Positions 39,650-50,058 of a stretch of DNA of 64,000 nucleotides are shown in pieces. Positions within the stretch are counted from its first letter, which is position 1; every line of letters begins with the position of its first letter. Origin of the DNA: Candidatus Dormiibacterota bacterium (GTDB lineage Bacteria; Chloroflexota; Dormibacteria; Aeolococcales; Aeolococcaceae). The position numbers were made by a program, and so were the translations under genes. The notes beneath the pieces are model-generated. The model searched no databases and was not told the origin of the DNA. It was given only the letters and a program-made list of their open reading frames with translations. The DNA lies in assembly GCA_963709585.1 (NCBI GenBank), contig CAVPXI010000007.1, positions 320,001 to 384,000 on the forward strand, read 5' to 3'.

Positions 39650-39860
39650 GCATTCCATCGGTTTCAATCTCGGGACCGCTCTGGCGGTGAAAGGTAGGAT
39701 CGGTACATGGTCCTCTCGTTGTGTCGGCTTGGGTAGCGCCGCTGCGGCGTCCCATCTTTGATGACCCTCCCAGGGGGTCTCTCGCGCGGGCCGTATCCAG
39801 AACTGGACGCGGCCCGTGGTGCGAGAGACGTGGAGTTGGCCGACTGGCCGGCGGGGCGCT

Positions 39861-40046
39861 TCAGGACGTGTTAAGTCCGCCCACCACGAGACGTTGTTCA
39901 TGCGCGCGGCGCACCATCCGGCGCGGCGCCAATCGCCGGAGAGCCCGGATGCGGTCCAGATTCGGCACCGCGATCATTGCGATCGCGACGAATGCAGAGG
40001 CGCCGGCTGCGAGGTCGATGTTGAGGAGGATTTCCGAGGCCGTCAT
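39861..40046 (-). CDS. Small membrane protein
   Basis: AAGGAG RBS; MTASEILLNIDLAAGASAFVAIAMIAVP hydrophobic helix then basic tail. Confidence 0.6.
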   Translation of the reverse strand: MTASEILLNIDLAAGASAFVAIAMIAVPNLDRIRALRRLAPRRMVRRAHEQRLVVGGLNTS

Positions 40047-40155
40047 ATCAGTGCTCCTTGCGGACGGTTGTTGTTCGACACTGACGACGCTAACGACCAC
40101 CCCTCCACTCCGTCTTGGAGGTCTCTGGGAGTTCTCTCAGTCTTCAGGGCGGCGG

Positions 40156-40854
40156 CTAGCGAGCAATCGCTAACTCGCTCTCATACATCGTTGGATCCGC
40201 CAAATCCGCCTGCGCGAAGGCCTCACGGCGTTCGACACACGTGCCGCACGTCCCGCAATGCAACGCACCGCCCTTGTAGCACGACCAGGTTCGCTCGAAT
40301 GGAACCTTGAGCTCGTCGCCGAGCTTCACGATGTCGGTCTTGTTCATGGACAGAAACGGCGCGAGGATCTCGATACTCGCGAGCCCCTCGACGGCGATGT
40401 TGACCACCGCCTCGAATGCACGCACGAACTCCGGCCGACAGTCCGGGTAGATGAAGTGGTCGCCGGTGTGCGCGCCGAACGCGACCGCACCGGCTTCGCG
40501 TGTCACGGCGAGTGCGCATGCGATGCTCAGCATGATCGCGTTGCGGTTTGGCACGACCGTGATCTTCATGCTCTCGTCGGCGTAGTGGCCGTCGGGAATG
40601 GTCACGGTATCGTCGGTCAGTGCCGACCCGGTGAGCGAGCTCGTGAGTCCTGCCGCGTGCAGATCGATCAACGTCCACGGCGCATCGAGGTCGGCCGCCA
40701 TCCGCTCCGCGAACGCCAGTTCCTTGCGGTGACGCTGGCCGTAATCAAATGAGATGGCGATGACCGAGTACCCTTGGGCTCGAAGCGAGTAGGCCATGGT
40801 CGTGGAATCGAGTCCACCAGACACGACCGCGACGGTCCTCCGTTCAGCAGTCAC
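40156..40854 (-). CDS. queC: 7-cyano-7-deazaguanine synthase
   Basis: SGGLDS, DYGQRH, VPNRN, YPDCRPEF, TWSCY..CGTCGTC. Confidence 0.95.
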   Translation of the reverse strand: MTAERRTVAVVSGGLDSTTMAYSLRAQGYSVIAISFDYGQRHRKELAFAERMAADLDAPWTLIDLHAAGLTSSLTGSALTDDTVTIPDGHYADESMKITVVPNRNAIMLSIACALAVTREAGAVAFGAHTGDHFIYPDCRPEFVRAFEAVVNIAVEGLASIEILAPFLSMNKTDIVKLGDELKVPFERTWSCYKGGALHCGTCGTCVERREAFAQADLADPTMYESELAIAR

Positions 40855-41255
40855 GAGGGGCGTCGTCGGGGTCGGTGTACACGACGGTGTTCCGGGTCGT
40901 GGCAGAGTTCGAACACCTTGCCGTCCGGAGCGCGAAAGTGCTGCCAGGAATAGCCGCTCGCGCTGCCCTGCCGACCGCCGATCAGCTCGATGCCGGCCCG
41001 CCGCAACTCTTCGGTCGCCGCCTCGATGTCGTCGACAAGAAGTCCCGCGACGACCTCGCCGTGAGCGAATTGCTCAGGTGAACTGGGTCCGTCCGGCCCA
41101 AAGATCTCGACCTGGTCCCCGTTGGGCATGCGAAATACGACGAAGTCGTGCTGCTCGAGGACGGCCTGGAGACGGACGACGTCTCGGAAGAATCGGGCCA
41201 TTGCCGCGTAGTGGTCTGTCCTGACTCCGACCCAGCTCACACCTTCGATCCGCAT
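40851..41255 (-). CDS. VOC / glyoxalase family protein
   Basis: FFRDVVRL, LVDDIEAA..L, HFRAPDGKVFEL; AAAGGAGG RBS. Confidence 0.85.
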   Translation of the reverse strand: MRIEGVSWVGVRTDHYAAMARFFRDVVRLQAVLEQHDFVVFRMPNGDQVEIFGPDGPSSPEQFAHGEVVAGLLVDDIEAATEELRRAGIELIGGRQGSASGYSWQHFRAPDGKVFELCHDPEHRRVHRPRRRPS

Positions 41256-41544
41256 GCGCAGCCTCCTTTGTTCGCTCTCAGATCCAGCCGCGACGCCGGA
41301 AGAAGAACAGCTGACCGTCGACTGTGAACAACGAGCGCATCGCACGGCGATCCTACGGTCTTGCGGCCGCACCCGGTCACGGACCGAATTGCGCCCATCC
41401 CCCTCGGAGCGTCAATCCTGATTCGACGGACGGGGCCGACCGGGCCGCGCATTCTCGGCCCGGCGACCCCTTCCGCCGCTCACCAGCGGTTGTTTGCTGC
41501 TAATAGCGGGCGCGGCCCGCTGCTCGGCACGTGCATGAAGCCGA

Positions 41545-41880
41545 TCAGGACCTCCTGCCGGCCATCAACTGACGCCAGCCTCTGACCTCGATTTCCACGC
41601 CGTGGCGCTTCGCCGCCGCGCGAATCCTGCGCCAGGCCCGGTCACGCTCCGCATCGCTCACGCCCTCGACCTGGTCGAACCTGGCGACCGCGTTGCGCAC
41701 GTGCGATGGATCGGTGAGCGGTTCCTTGCGCTCCGCTGGAAATGCGAAACGCTCGGTGCTCAACTTGTTGCGATCGCACTCGCGGGGCTCATTGCCGCGC
41801 TTGGGTGCCGCCTTGTGGCGGGCACGCTGGGCGGCCGTGATGTCGCTCCGCGCCGCTGATTTCTGCCGTTGCGTGGCCAT
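41545..41880 (-). CDS. DUF6582-like small protein
   Basis: FAFPAERKEPLTDPSHVRNAVARFDQV; GGAGG RBS. Confidence 0.75.
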   Translation of the reverse strand: MATQRQKSAARSDITAAQRARHKAAPKRGNEPRECDRNKLSTERFAFPAERKEPLTDPSHVRNAVARFDQVEGVSDAERDRAWRRIRAAAKRHGVEIEVRGWRQLMAGRRS

Positions 41881-42176
41881 GGCGATGACCTCCAAGTGGG
41901 CTCGTGCTTATAGAGAACCTATCACTAAGTATGATGCCGGACTGTAGGCGAAATCGCAAGGGCCTTCACTGGCACCTGCGGGACGAGCCCTACCCGCGCC
42001 GGGCGCCGGCGCCCACTCGGCTGAGCTCGTGTGGATTGGGTGGATAACTCGGTGGAAAAGGTATACCGGGCGTACCAGATTTCGACTCAGCCGGAGCGCA
42101 GCCGGGCCGCCAGGTCGAGGGCGTTGCGACCGCACTGCCGGTGGTGTCGTCGTTCCGGTCGTCCCGGGAGCCGCGA

Positions 42177-42512
42177 TCAGTCGAAGCGGTCGCCGTAGTC
42201 GAGGCGGTGCGGGCGCAGCGCGTCAAGCAGCGAACCCTGCCACGAGAGCAACGCGTCGTGCAGCCTCGCCCCCGACCTCGCGCTCCAGACCGCGGCCGGT
42301 GCGCGGACGGCGGTGACGCGCTCCAGCTCGGCGATCGCTGCCATCACGCCCGAGGGCACGCCGCGCTGCATCTTGACGTTCTGGGCCTCCACTGACTCGA
42401 GGAGATCCTCGAAGTCCTGCAGCTGGCGGGCGCTTTCCCGCCGTTCGTGCTCGAAGCTGAGCGAGGTTGCTCGGGCGAGGCTGCCTTCGTAGATGGCGCT
42501 GGCGATGCCCAT
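42177..42512 (-). CDS. Hypothetical protein
   Basis: GAGGA RBS; TTGACA-16bp-TATAGT promoter at 42552-42579 on minus strand. Confidence 0.7.
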   Translation of the reverse strand: MGIASAIYEGSLARATSLSFEHERRESARQLQDFEDLLESVEAQNVKMQRGVPSGVMAAIAELERVTAVRAPAAVWSARSGARLHDALLSWQGSLLDALRPHRLDYGDRFD

Positions 42513-42719
42513 GGATGTGTCCTCGTAGCTGTCGGTAAAGGTGATAGTGATACTATAAGTCTAAGCGCGTCGCTGTCAAGCAGCTTTCGCCAGCGAGGGC
42601 ATGAGGCGCAACCGCCCGGTTCGATGCCCCATTTGCGGTGCACGCGACTAGAATCGAGTCCATGATGAATGTGCGATTCGCATGGCGCACCCTCGGTCAC
42701 AACGACAACGCGATGGGGA

Positions 42720-43070
42720 ATGGCCATGCCTGTTGAAGCTCTGGCGCCGATGTCTGAACGGATGCTCGACCTCGACAAGCCCCTGTACACGATCAGTGTC
42801 GCTGCCGAGATCCTGGCGTCGCACCCGCGCACGCTGATGATGTACGAGACCATGGGCCTCGGCGTACCGGCGCGAACCGCGACCAACCGCCGCCGCTACA
42901 CGCAACGCGACATCCTGACTCTGAGCGCGATTCAGCGCCTGACGAGGCAGCACGGTCTGAACATCGCGGGGGCGCGTTATGTCATCAAATGTCTGCAACT
43001 CCTCGATGCGCACGGCATTCCGCGACCGCCCGAGCTCGCGGCGATCGACCTGGAGCACGTTCGCCTCTAA
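42720..43070 (+). CDS. MerR-family regulator (HspR-like)
   Basis: PLYTISVAAEILASHPRTLMMYE..RRRYTQRDI..GLNIAG. Confidence 0.85.
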   Translation: MAMPVEALAPMSERMLDLDKPLYTISVAAEILASHPRTLMMYETMGLGVPARTATNRRRYTQRDILTLSAIQRLTRQHGLNIAGARYVIKCLQLLDAHGIPRPPELAAIDLEHVRL

Positions 43071-43143
43071 ACGCTGCGCGCGTCTCGCTTCTCGACTTGG
43101 GATCGACGGCGAACTCGCGAGCATGGGAAGGGCATAGGGCGAT

Positions 43144-43794
43144 ATGGCGAGATCGCGGGACGACCACCTCTGGGCACTGGCGCACGCCGAACGGACTGCG
43201 CTTGCGGAGGACCTTTCGGGGCTCAATGCCGAGCAGTGGCGGCACGCAACCCTGTGCGGGCAGTGGGACGTCGAGGAGGTCGTCGCCCACCTCACCGCCG
43301 CGGCAAGCCTGAATCAGTGGCGATGGGTGCGAAGCATGCTCGGCGCGCGTTTCCGTGTCGACGTGCACAACCAGCGCCGGCTGGTCGAGCATCGGGGCAG
43401 CACCCCCGCCGAGACGCTCGACCGTTTCCGCGCCATCATCGGCAGCACGACCGCCCCCTCGGGACACATCCCAGCCTACCTTGGGGAGGTCGTCGTGCAC
43501 GCCCAAGACATCCGTCAGCCGCTGGGGCTGCCGCGGACACCACACGTCGACGCACTGACGCCCGTGGCCGACTTTTTCGCGCGCCGCAACTTCGCGGTTG
43601 CCAGCCGGACCGCCGTTGCCGGTCTGCAGTTGCGCGCGGACGATGGGCCGTTTGCCACCGGCACCGCACCGCTCGTCACCGGATCGACCCTCGCGCTGGT
43701 GATGAGCATGGCTGGCCGCGCTCCTTACGTTGACCAGCTCGACGGCCCGGGCGTCCCGACTCTGCGCACACGCGTCCACGGCTCTGCAGCGTAG
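43144..43794 (+). CDS. Maleylpyruvate isomerase family mycothiol-dependent enzyme (DinB fold)
   Basis: TLCGQWDVEEVVAHL, EVVVHAQDIR. Confidence 0.88.
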   Translation: MARSRDDHLWALAHAERTALAEDLSGLNAEQWRHATLCGQWDVEEVVAHLTAAASLNQWRWVRSMLGARFRVDVHNQRRLVEHRGSTPAETLDRFRAIIGSTTAPSGHIPAYLGEVVVHAQDIRQPLGLPRTPHVDALTPVADFFARRNFAVASRTAVAGLQLRADDGPFATGTAPLVTGSTLALVMSMAGRAPYVDQLDGPGVPTLRTRVHGSAA

Positions 43795-43926
43795 CCGGGC
43801 CCCCAACCTGATAGCTAAACACGCAGCAATTGTGATACTCAGAATAGTACAATGGTCGGGACGGCGAGCGCACCAGCCAGGGACATCGGGGCAATCATTG
43901 ATGCAAGAACTTGGCGCCCCACGGGA

Positions 43927-44280
43927 ATGACAGCACCGCCACCCGATGACGTGTCCGACCACACCAAGGCGGAAAACGAGCAGGCGGCGCTCGAGCAGGT
44001 GGAGCCCGATCGCCTTCTGGAAGGCGAGGATGAACAGTCGCAGCACCTCGACGACGCGGAACACTGGGTCAAGGTCTACAGGGAACTGCTCGAGTTCAAG
44101 CGCTCGGTGCTGGCCACGACCCAAGAGCACGTCGGAACCATGGAAGCGGATGCCAGCGCCGAGGTGCAAAAGACCGATCTCAAGGCACTCCATGCGGAAG
44201 CGCTGCGCTTCGAGCAGCGCCTCGTGTACTGGCGAAGCCGGATGACCGCGCTCCAGGACCGGGCCGGCGGCGCCGGCTGA
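43927..44280 (+). CDS. Hypothetical helical protein
   Basis: RLLEGEDE..DAEHWVKVYRELLEFK; good codon bias. Confidence 0.7.
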   Translation: MTAPPPDDVSDHTKAENEQAALEQVEPDRLLEGEDEQSQHLDDAEHWVKVYRELLEFKRSVLATTQEHVGTMEADASAEVQKTDLKALHAEALRFEQRLVYWRSRMTALQDRAGGAG

Positions 44281-44293
44281 GCAGCGCTCCGTC

Positions 44294-44890
44294 TCAGCCC
44301 TTCTGTAGCCCGTTCCAGCTGAGCAGCGCCGTCCAGTCGTGCTCGAAGCCGAGCGCCGACGGTGCCGCGGTCGCGAGTTGCAGATGCTGGGCCGCGGCTG
44401 CGGGAAACTCGAGCCACAGAGCGGTGAGGATGCGCAACTGATGGCCGTGCCCGAAGAGCAGCACATCGCCTTCGATTGGACGCACGCGCGCGATGACGCG
44501 TTGCGCACGGACCGCGACCTCGTCGATTGTCTCGCCGCCGACGACACCGTCGCGGAACAGCGTCCATCCGGGCCGCCGCTCCCGGATCTCGTTGCCCGTC
44601 AATCCGTCGTACTCGCCGTAGTCCCACTCGACGAGATCCGGGTCGACCACCGCGCGATCCGCGAAGCCGGCGATGTCGCACGTCTCTCGCGCACGTTGCA
44701 ATGGGCTCACGAACACCGCCGCGAACTGGAGGCCGCCGAGCGGCGCGACCAGGGTCAGTGCCTGCTCGCGACCCTCCGGAGTCAGCGGGATGTCGGTGCG
44801 GCCGGTGTGGCGCTTCTCGCGGCTCCATGCGGTTTCGCCGTGACGCACCACCACGATCTGCTGCGACGTGTTGCGAGGATGAAGCTCCAC
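44294..44890 (-). CDS. Histidine phosphatase family protein
   Basis: RHGETAWS, SPLQRARET, EWDYGEYDG, HGH. Confidence 0.92.
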   Translation of the reverse strand: MELHPRNTSQQIVVVRHGETAWSREKRHTGRTDIPLTPEGREQALTLVAPLGGLQFAAVFVSPLQRARETCDIAGFADRAVVDPDLVEWDYGEYDGLTGNEIRERRPGWTLFRDGVVGGETIDEVAVRAQRVIARVRPIEGDVLLFGHGHQLRILTALWLEFPAAAAQHLQLATAAPSALGFEHDWTALLSWNGLQKG

Positions 44891-44901
44891 GGAGCGCGAC
44901 T

Positions 44902-45756
44902 CTACCCCGCGGGTGCGGTGGTGGCGGGGTCGGCCTCCGGCTTCTCCCCGACGATATCCCACAGGCGTTCTGCGACCGCGGCGGTCACCGCATCGGGGTC
45001 GTGCTCGCGCTGATCCACCCAGAAGTGGCAGTGGAGCAGGGGCACCTCTCTGTCGAGCGTCGGCTCGAAGGCGACCGCGGGCTTGGCCTCGATGCCGGGA
45101 ACCTCCTCGACGGCGGCCCGCGCGCGCCGCATCAGGTCAGCAAGATCGGTCTCGGTGGGAATCCGCACCCCGACGGTGAGACGGCGGGTGTCGTAGTGCG
45201 TCGTGTTGATCACGATCCCCGTGAATACCGTGAGGTTCGGCAGGATCGCCAGTTCGCCGACGCCGGTGCGGAGTGTGGTCGTGCGCAATGTGATGTTCTG
45301 CACGGCGCCGGTCTGATCCATGACGGTGATCGTGTCGCCGAGCCGGAAGGGCTGCTCGAGGAGAAGCCAGATCCCGGCCAGGACGTTGCGCAGGAGATCC
45401 TGAAACGCCAGGCCGATGGCGACCGTCCCGACGCCGGCCGCGGTGAGGATCACCGCGACGTTGACACCGTAGACGACCAGCGCGCTGATCACCGCGACCA
45501 CATAGGTCGTGACCGTGATCAGGTTGCGAACGAGGGTGCAGACCTGGCGGTCGGCCTTGCTCCTGCGCATCGTCCAGAGCGCGAGCGCGCGGATCAACCG
45601 GCCGACGAGATAGAGAATGATGAAGATGGCGATCGCGCTGATCAGGTGCTCGACGAGCGGCCCGGCGAGTCCACTCTGGTCCCGCGACTGGATGGATCTG
45701 CAGACGAAGTCGAACCAATTGCTCGAGTTGCACGTCGACACGGCGGCGGTCAGCAT
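44902..45756 (-). CDS. mscS: Small-conductance mechanosensitive channel
   Basis: Three TM helices, AIGLAFQDLLRNVLAG, PFRLGDTI, ITLRTT, LPN. Confidence 0.88.
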   Translation of the reverse strand: MLTAAVSTCNSSNWFDFVCRSIQSRDQSGLAGPLVEHLISAIAIFIILYLVGRLIRALALWTMRRSKADRQVCTLVRNLITVTTYVVAVISALVVYGVNVAVILTAAGVGTVAIGLAFQDLLRNVLAGIWLLLEQPFRLGDTITVMDQTGAVQNITLRTTTLRTGVGELAILPNLTVFTGIVINTTHYDTRRLTVGVRIPTETDLADLMRRARAAVEEVPGIEAKPAVAFEPTLDREVPLLHCHFWVDQREHDPDAVTAAVAERLWDIVGEKPEADPATTAPAG

Positions 45757-45861
45757 CGCGCGCTTCGCCTGTGCGTCACCAACGCCGCCGCGACCGTCGC
45801 GATCATCGTCGCGCCGTACATCGAGCAGACGGCAACGCGGTCGGGATCCGGGTCGAAGCCG

Positions 45862-46524
45862 CTAGGACGACCCGGCGTCGTCGTCGGCGCTCTCGGCTTC
45901 CTCGCCCTCGCCCTCAGCGGGCGCAGCCTCCGCCTCCTCCTCGGGTTCGGCGGCGACGCGCACCTGGGCGACCTTGAGGACGAGCTCGTCGGGATCGACA
46001 CCGGTTGCGAGCGCCACCCGCTCGGGGAGGGGCACCTCACTCAGACGGATGCCCTGGTCGATCTCGACCAGCCTGGAGATGTCGACGTCGAGCTGCGCGG
46101 GGATGTCTCCCGGCATGCACTCGACCTTGACCGCGGTGATGATCTGCTGGAGCACGCCGAGCTTGAGCTCGGTGACCGCGGGCGATTCGCCGACCGGGAT
46201 GAGCGGGATCTCGACGGTCAGCTTCTCTCGGAGGTTGACCGCGAAGAGGTCAACATGCATGAGCTGGGTGGTGCGCGGGTTCACCTGCAGCTCGCGGATC
46301 AGCACCTTGCGAGCCCGTCCGCCGTCGAGCGCAAGGTCGACGAGATGGCTGTGGCCCGCGCCGTGCCAGACCCGGCGCAGGCTGCGCGCGTCGATCGAGA
46401 GCGCCTGCGGCTCGACGTTGTGTCCGTAGAGCACCGCGGGCACCTCGCCGCGACGCCTGACGGCGTGGACGTGACGCCCGGTCTCCGACCGGAGCGATGC
46501 GCTGAGCTCGAGGGGGGTTGCCAT
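45862..46524 (-). CDS. rplY: 50S ribosomal protein L25 (Ctc form)
   Basis: RRRGEVPAVLYG, HVDLF, acidic tail. Confidence 0.93.
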   Translation of the reverse strand: MATPLELSASLRSETGRHVHAVRRRGEVPAVLYGHNVEPQALSIDARSLRRVWHGAGHSHLVDLALDGGRARKVLIRELQVNPRTTQLMHVDLFAVNLREKLTVEIPLIPVGESPAVTELKLGVLQQIITAVKVECMPGDIPAQLDVDISRLVEIDQGIRLSEVPLPERVALATGVDPDELVLKVAQVRVAAEPEEEAEAAPAEGEGEEAESADDDAGSS

Positions 46525-46534
46525 CTCTGCCCGG

Positions 46535-47218
46535 CTACTCTACCGGCTCTGCAGTTGCTGCCGAGTTCACCGCCGCGGCGATCGCGTCCAGGGCGGCGTC
46601 GACGCACCCCTGTCCGCGGGCCGGTCTCGCATCGGGATCAGCCGCCGCCGGGGTCTCCGGCCAGGCCGCGCACGCAGCCGCGATCAGCCGTCGGGTTGCC
46701 GTCGGGCTCCCGTCGGGGAGCACGAAATACGGCCAGGCGACGTCGGAGACCTCCTCCCCGTCGCCGGGCGACGCGAGGATCTCGAGCGCTCGCTCGAGAG
46801 CGGCGCGGCGGACGTCGTTCGCTCCCGCCTCGATCTCGTCATGCACGGCATCGTGGAGGCGCTGCCCCGTGCCGGACACATCGGTCTCGCGGTACCGGGG
46901 TGGCCCCGTCTCCTCGGCGCCGTGGAGCATGAAGATGCCGCCGTTCCATACGGTCCTCCAGGTCTCCGCGCCATCGCCGCGGATGACCCGGCAGACCTCG
47001 TCACTGCCGCTGACGTCCAACCACGCCTGACGAGCACCATTGCCGCGCAGGAAGGACAGCCAGAGGTCTAGGCTGTCGCCGATCGGTTCGAAGGCCTGCC
47101 CGTCGACCCAGACATAGGACATCTTGCGAAAGGTCGCGAACGCCGGATGCCGGGGAGCGACGCCTGCGCTCGTGTCCCCCGGGTCATTGACGGACCGCCC
47201 CGCACGCGCGGCCGCCAC
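46535..47218 (-). CDS. Hypothetical protein
   Basis: Fills gap in a minus-strand gene run; no recognisable motif; start uncertain. Confidence 0.5.
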   Translation of the reverse strand: MAAARAGRSVNDPGDTSAGVAPRHPAFATFRKMSYVWVDGQAFEPIGDSLDLWLSFLRGNGARQAWLDVSGSDEVCRVIRGDGAETWRTVWNGGIFMLHGAEETGPPRYRETDVSGTGQRLHDAVHDEIEAGANDVRRAALERALEILASPGDGEEVSDVAWPYFVLPDGSPTATRRLIAAACAAWPETPAAADPDARPARGQGCVDAALDAIAAAVNSAATAEPVE

Positions 47219-47241
47219 CGCGAGGCAGAGTAGCGCCGGGG

Positions 47242-47673
47242 TCAGGCCGTCGCCCCCGCGCCGAATCGCTCCTTGACGTAGGAAACCGCCTCGTCGAGCG
47301 AGGTCCCGGGGGTGAACACCTTGTCGACCCCGAGCTTCTCGAGTGCGGTGACGTCGGAGTCGGGGATGATCCCACCGCCGAAGACCACGATATCCGACGC
47401 GTCGCGCTCCTTGAGCAGACGGATGATCTCGGGAAACAGGGTCATGTGGGCGCCGCTCAGGAGGCTGATGCCGATGCCGTCGACGTCCTCCTGGATTGCG
47501 GCTTCGACCACCATCGCGGGCGTCTGATGCAGCCCGGTGTAGATCACCTCGACACCGGCATCACGAAGCGCCCGGGAGATCACCTTGACCCCGCGGTCGT
47601 GCCCGTCGAGGCCGACCTTGGCGGTCAGGATCCTGATCTTGCGCCCGGTTGCCGGCGCGGCGGTGGCGTCCAT
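47242..47673 (-). CDS. Cobalamin-binding subunit of acyl-CoA mutase
   Basis: GLDGHDRG, SLLSGAH, GGGIIP, FTPGT. Confidence 0.93.
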   Translation of the reverse strand: MDATAAPATGRKIRILTAKVGLDGHDRGVKVISRALRDAGVEVIYTGLHQTPAMVVEAAIQEDVDGIGISLLSGAHMTLFPEIIRLLKERDASDIVVFGGGIIPDSDVTALEKLGVDKVFTPGTSLDEAVSYVKERFGAGATA

Positions 47674-47718
47674 GACGACTTGATGTTAAGAGGTTGACCC
47701 TCGCTTAGACTGCTGCGA

Positions 47719-49303
47719 GTGCACCACTCGGGCAATCGCGGGGTTCCTGGACTCCGGGCGGTGCAAGCGGCTGGCGCGCGCCGCGCGCTGCTGGCCGGTC
47801 TGGGGCTCACCCTCTTTCTGATCTCGTTCGCGGGCGCCAACCCAGGCGGGGCCGTTTCCGACGAGACCGATCAGTACATCAAGACAATCGCCGCGGGGCA
47901 CCTCGACCTTCTGGGCATGAAGGTGTCCGATGCGCAGGCGCGTTCGGTGGACAGCTGGCTGCCAGACATCAATCGCATCCTGAGGAGCTACTCCGTCGAC
48001 AGTCAGGCCGTGCGCGCGTTTTCGATCTCGTCCTCGCTGGACCCTCGGTACCTCGGTTGCACGGTCGACGACACAATCGCCACCTGCCTCGATCGCCAAC
48101 CGCCGCCCGCGGCCGGCCCGAGCGAGACGTTCGTCAGCTCGGTTGGCACCCGTCAGCCATTCATCTTCATCCCTGCGGGGCTGGCAATGCGCTTCGCGAG
48201 TAGCACTGCTGCAGCGCTGCTTCTCGGGCGCCTCACCTTCACGCTTATCGCCGCCTTGCTGCTACTCGGAGCACTGCTTGTTGCGCTGCGCGCCCGTCCA
48301 GGTCCGCTGTCCGTGGCCGCCATCGCTCTCTGCGTCACGCCCACGGGCGTGCTGGTCATGTCCGGGATCAGCACGAGCGGGCCGGAGTTCCGCGGCCGGC
48401 GTCGCGTGGTGGGTCGCCATGCTTGCGGTGAGCGAACCCACCCCTCGCCGTGGAGCCTGGTGGCTTGCCGTGGCGGCGGGGCTCGTTCTCGGACTGGCAC
48501 GCACAACTGGTCCTGTCTGGATGTTGCTCATCGTGGTCGTCGTCACGCTTTTCCGAGGGCCGGGCGCATCCTGGCAAGCTCTTCGTTCAGGCGGCAAACT
48601 TGCGGTGGCCGCAATCGCGGTCTCCGCGATCGCCGTCATCGTGACCATTGGGTGGCAGCTCGGCATCCAGCCGGCCGCCCTCGAAAGGGCTGTGCCGACG
48701 CTGCAGGAGGTGACGCCGTCGCTGATCGGCTTCATCCTGTCACACGGGGTCGCCACCTTTGGGTGGGGTGAGGCAGCTCCGCCGGTCGTGATCGCTCAGG
48801 TTTGGGGATTGCTGGCCCTCGCACTTGTGTCGCTTGGTGTGAGGTCAGCAGTTGCACGTGGAGCGCGACGCGAGATAGTCGCGTTGCTCGTGGTGGTCGT
48901 CGGGGGTATCGCGATCATCGTTCTGTTTCTTGCATTCGGGAGCGAGAACGGGCTGGTGCAGGGGCGCTGGTTCATCGCTCCTCTTGCCGGAATCCCCATC
49001 CTGGCGGGGTGGATGGCCGCGTCACGACCTGCCACCGCAAGCTTCGAGCGAAGCTCGAGGATCGTTGCTGGCGGCGTGACCGCCGGCGTCGTCATCTGCC
49101 TGGCCGTCTACTGGTGGCTCAATGAGTATCGTTACGCGGTCGACGGCGGTTCCCTGTTGTTTATCGGACATACGCTCTGGCAGCCCCCGCTTGGATGGGC
49201 GCCGTGGCTGGCATGCGCAGTCCTCGGCCTGCTCGCCCTCGTCGCCTCCGGGCTACCCGGAAGGAACGCCAGCGGCGTGGCCGCGCTCAGTGACCCTGGG
49301 TGA
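47719..49303 (+). CDS. DUF2142-like multi-pass membrane protein (GT-C-like); +1 frameshift near 48391
   Basis: SDETDQYIK, many TM helices, VQGRW; ORFs join as PEFAAGVAWW. Confidence 0.68.
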
Positions 49304-50033
49304 TCGCCTCGTCTTGTGGAAGGGCCGCTACTGCGGCTTCGGCGAGCCGGCGAGCCACGCTGAGCGCGCGATCGGCGTGGGGGAGGTGGTCGCGGTCGAC
49401 GCCCGCGACCGCACGACCGCCGTCGCGAGCCCCGACCAGCGCCCCGGCAAGGCTGGCCGCAACCGCTGTCCCTCCTGCCGCGGCGGCGAGCACGTCATCG
49501 AAAGGGTTTTCGGTGGCGAGCGCGCAGATCGCGCGCTGCAGGGTCAGACCCGGGTCCGGGTCTGAGACGTCCATCGGAGGGCCGGCGTCGACCACTCGGA
49601 GGCGCTCGAGCAGCGCCATCGGCGCGTCCTCGAGCAGGGACTGACGCACCCTCACGAGGGCGGTCTGCAGATCGAAGCGGAGCAGGTCGGCGATCAGCAA
49701 CGCCGCCGCCACGGCGGTGACCGCGGTGCCCTCGTCGGCGCCTGCCATGGCGACGCATCGATAGGCATCGCGGCGCAGCCTCGGACGGTCCAGCGGGCTG
49801 AGCAATCCAAACGGCAGCGCCCGGAGGAGGAGGCGGGCCGCGCCGGCGCGCGACGGGCGCTCGAGCCCCCGCTGACGGAGATCGGCGTCGTCGAAGCAGC
49901 CGCACGCCGCCGCCAACTCGGCGACGCCGACCAGGTCGGCGGTGCCCGCCGCGGTGCCGGCGGCGTCCTCACCGGCAAGTGCCCCGATGAAGCTCGCCTC
50001 GATCCGGCCGGGGAGGTCGTCGATCAGCGTCAC
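49287..50033 (-). CDS. ADP-ribosylglycohydrolase-like protein (degenerate motifs)
   Basis: RIEASFIGALAG, ASLAGALVGARDG; canonical GDALG and TDD motifs not seen. Confidence 0.65.
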   Translation of the reverse strand: MTLIDDLPGRIEASFIGALAGEDAAGTAAGTADLVGVAELAAACGCFDDADLRQRGLERPSRAGAARLLLRALPFGLLSPLDRPRLRRDAYRCVAMAGADEGTAVTAVAAALLIADLLRFDLQTALVRVRQSLLEDAPMALLERLRVVDAGPPMDVSDPDPGLTLQRAICALATENPFDDVLAAAAGGTAVAASLAGALVGARDGGRAVAGVDRDHLPHADRALSVARRLAEAAVAALPQDEAITQGH

Positions 50034-50058
50034 CTGGAGAACGCTATCCTGTCGAACG

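Noticed and set aside
29472-46932. Long opposite-strand or alternate-frame ORFs (e.g. 29472-31316, 30241-31857, 33257-35065, 44527-46932)
   Set aside because: Shadow ORFs expected in high-GC DNA; they overlap well-supported genes and are Arg/Pro-rich with no motifs.
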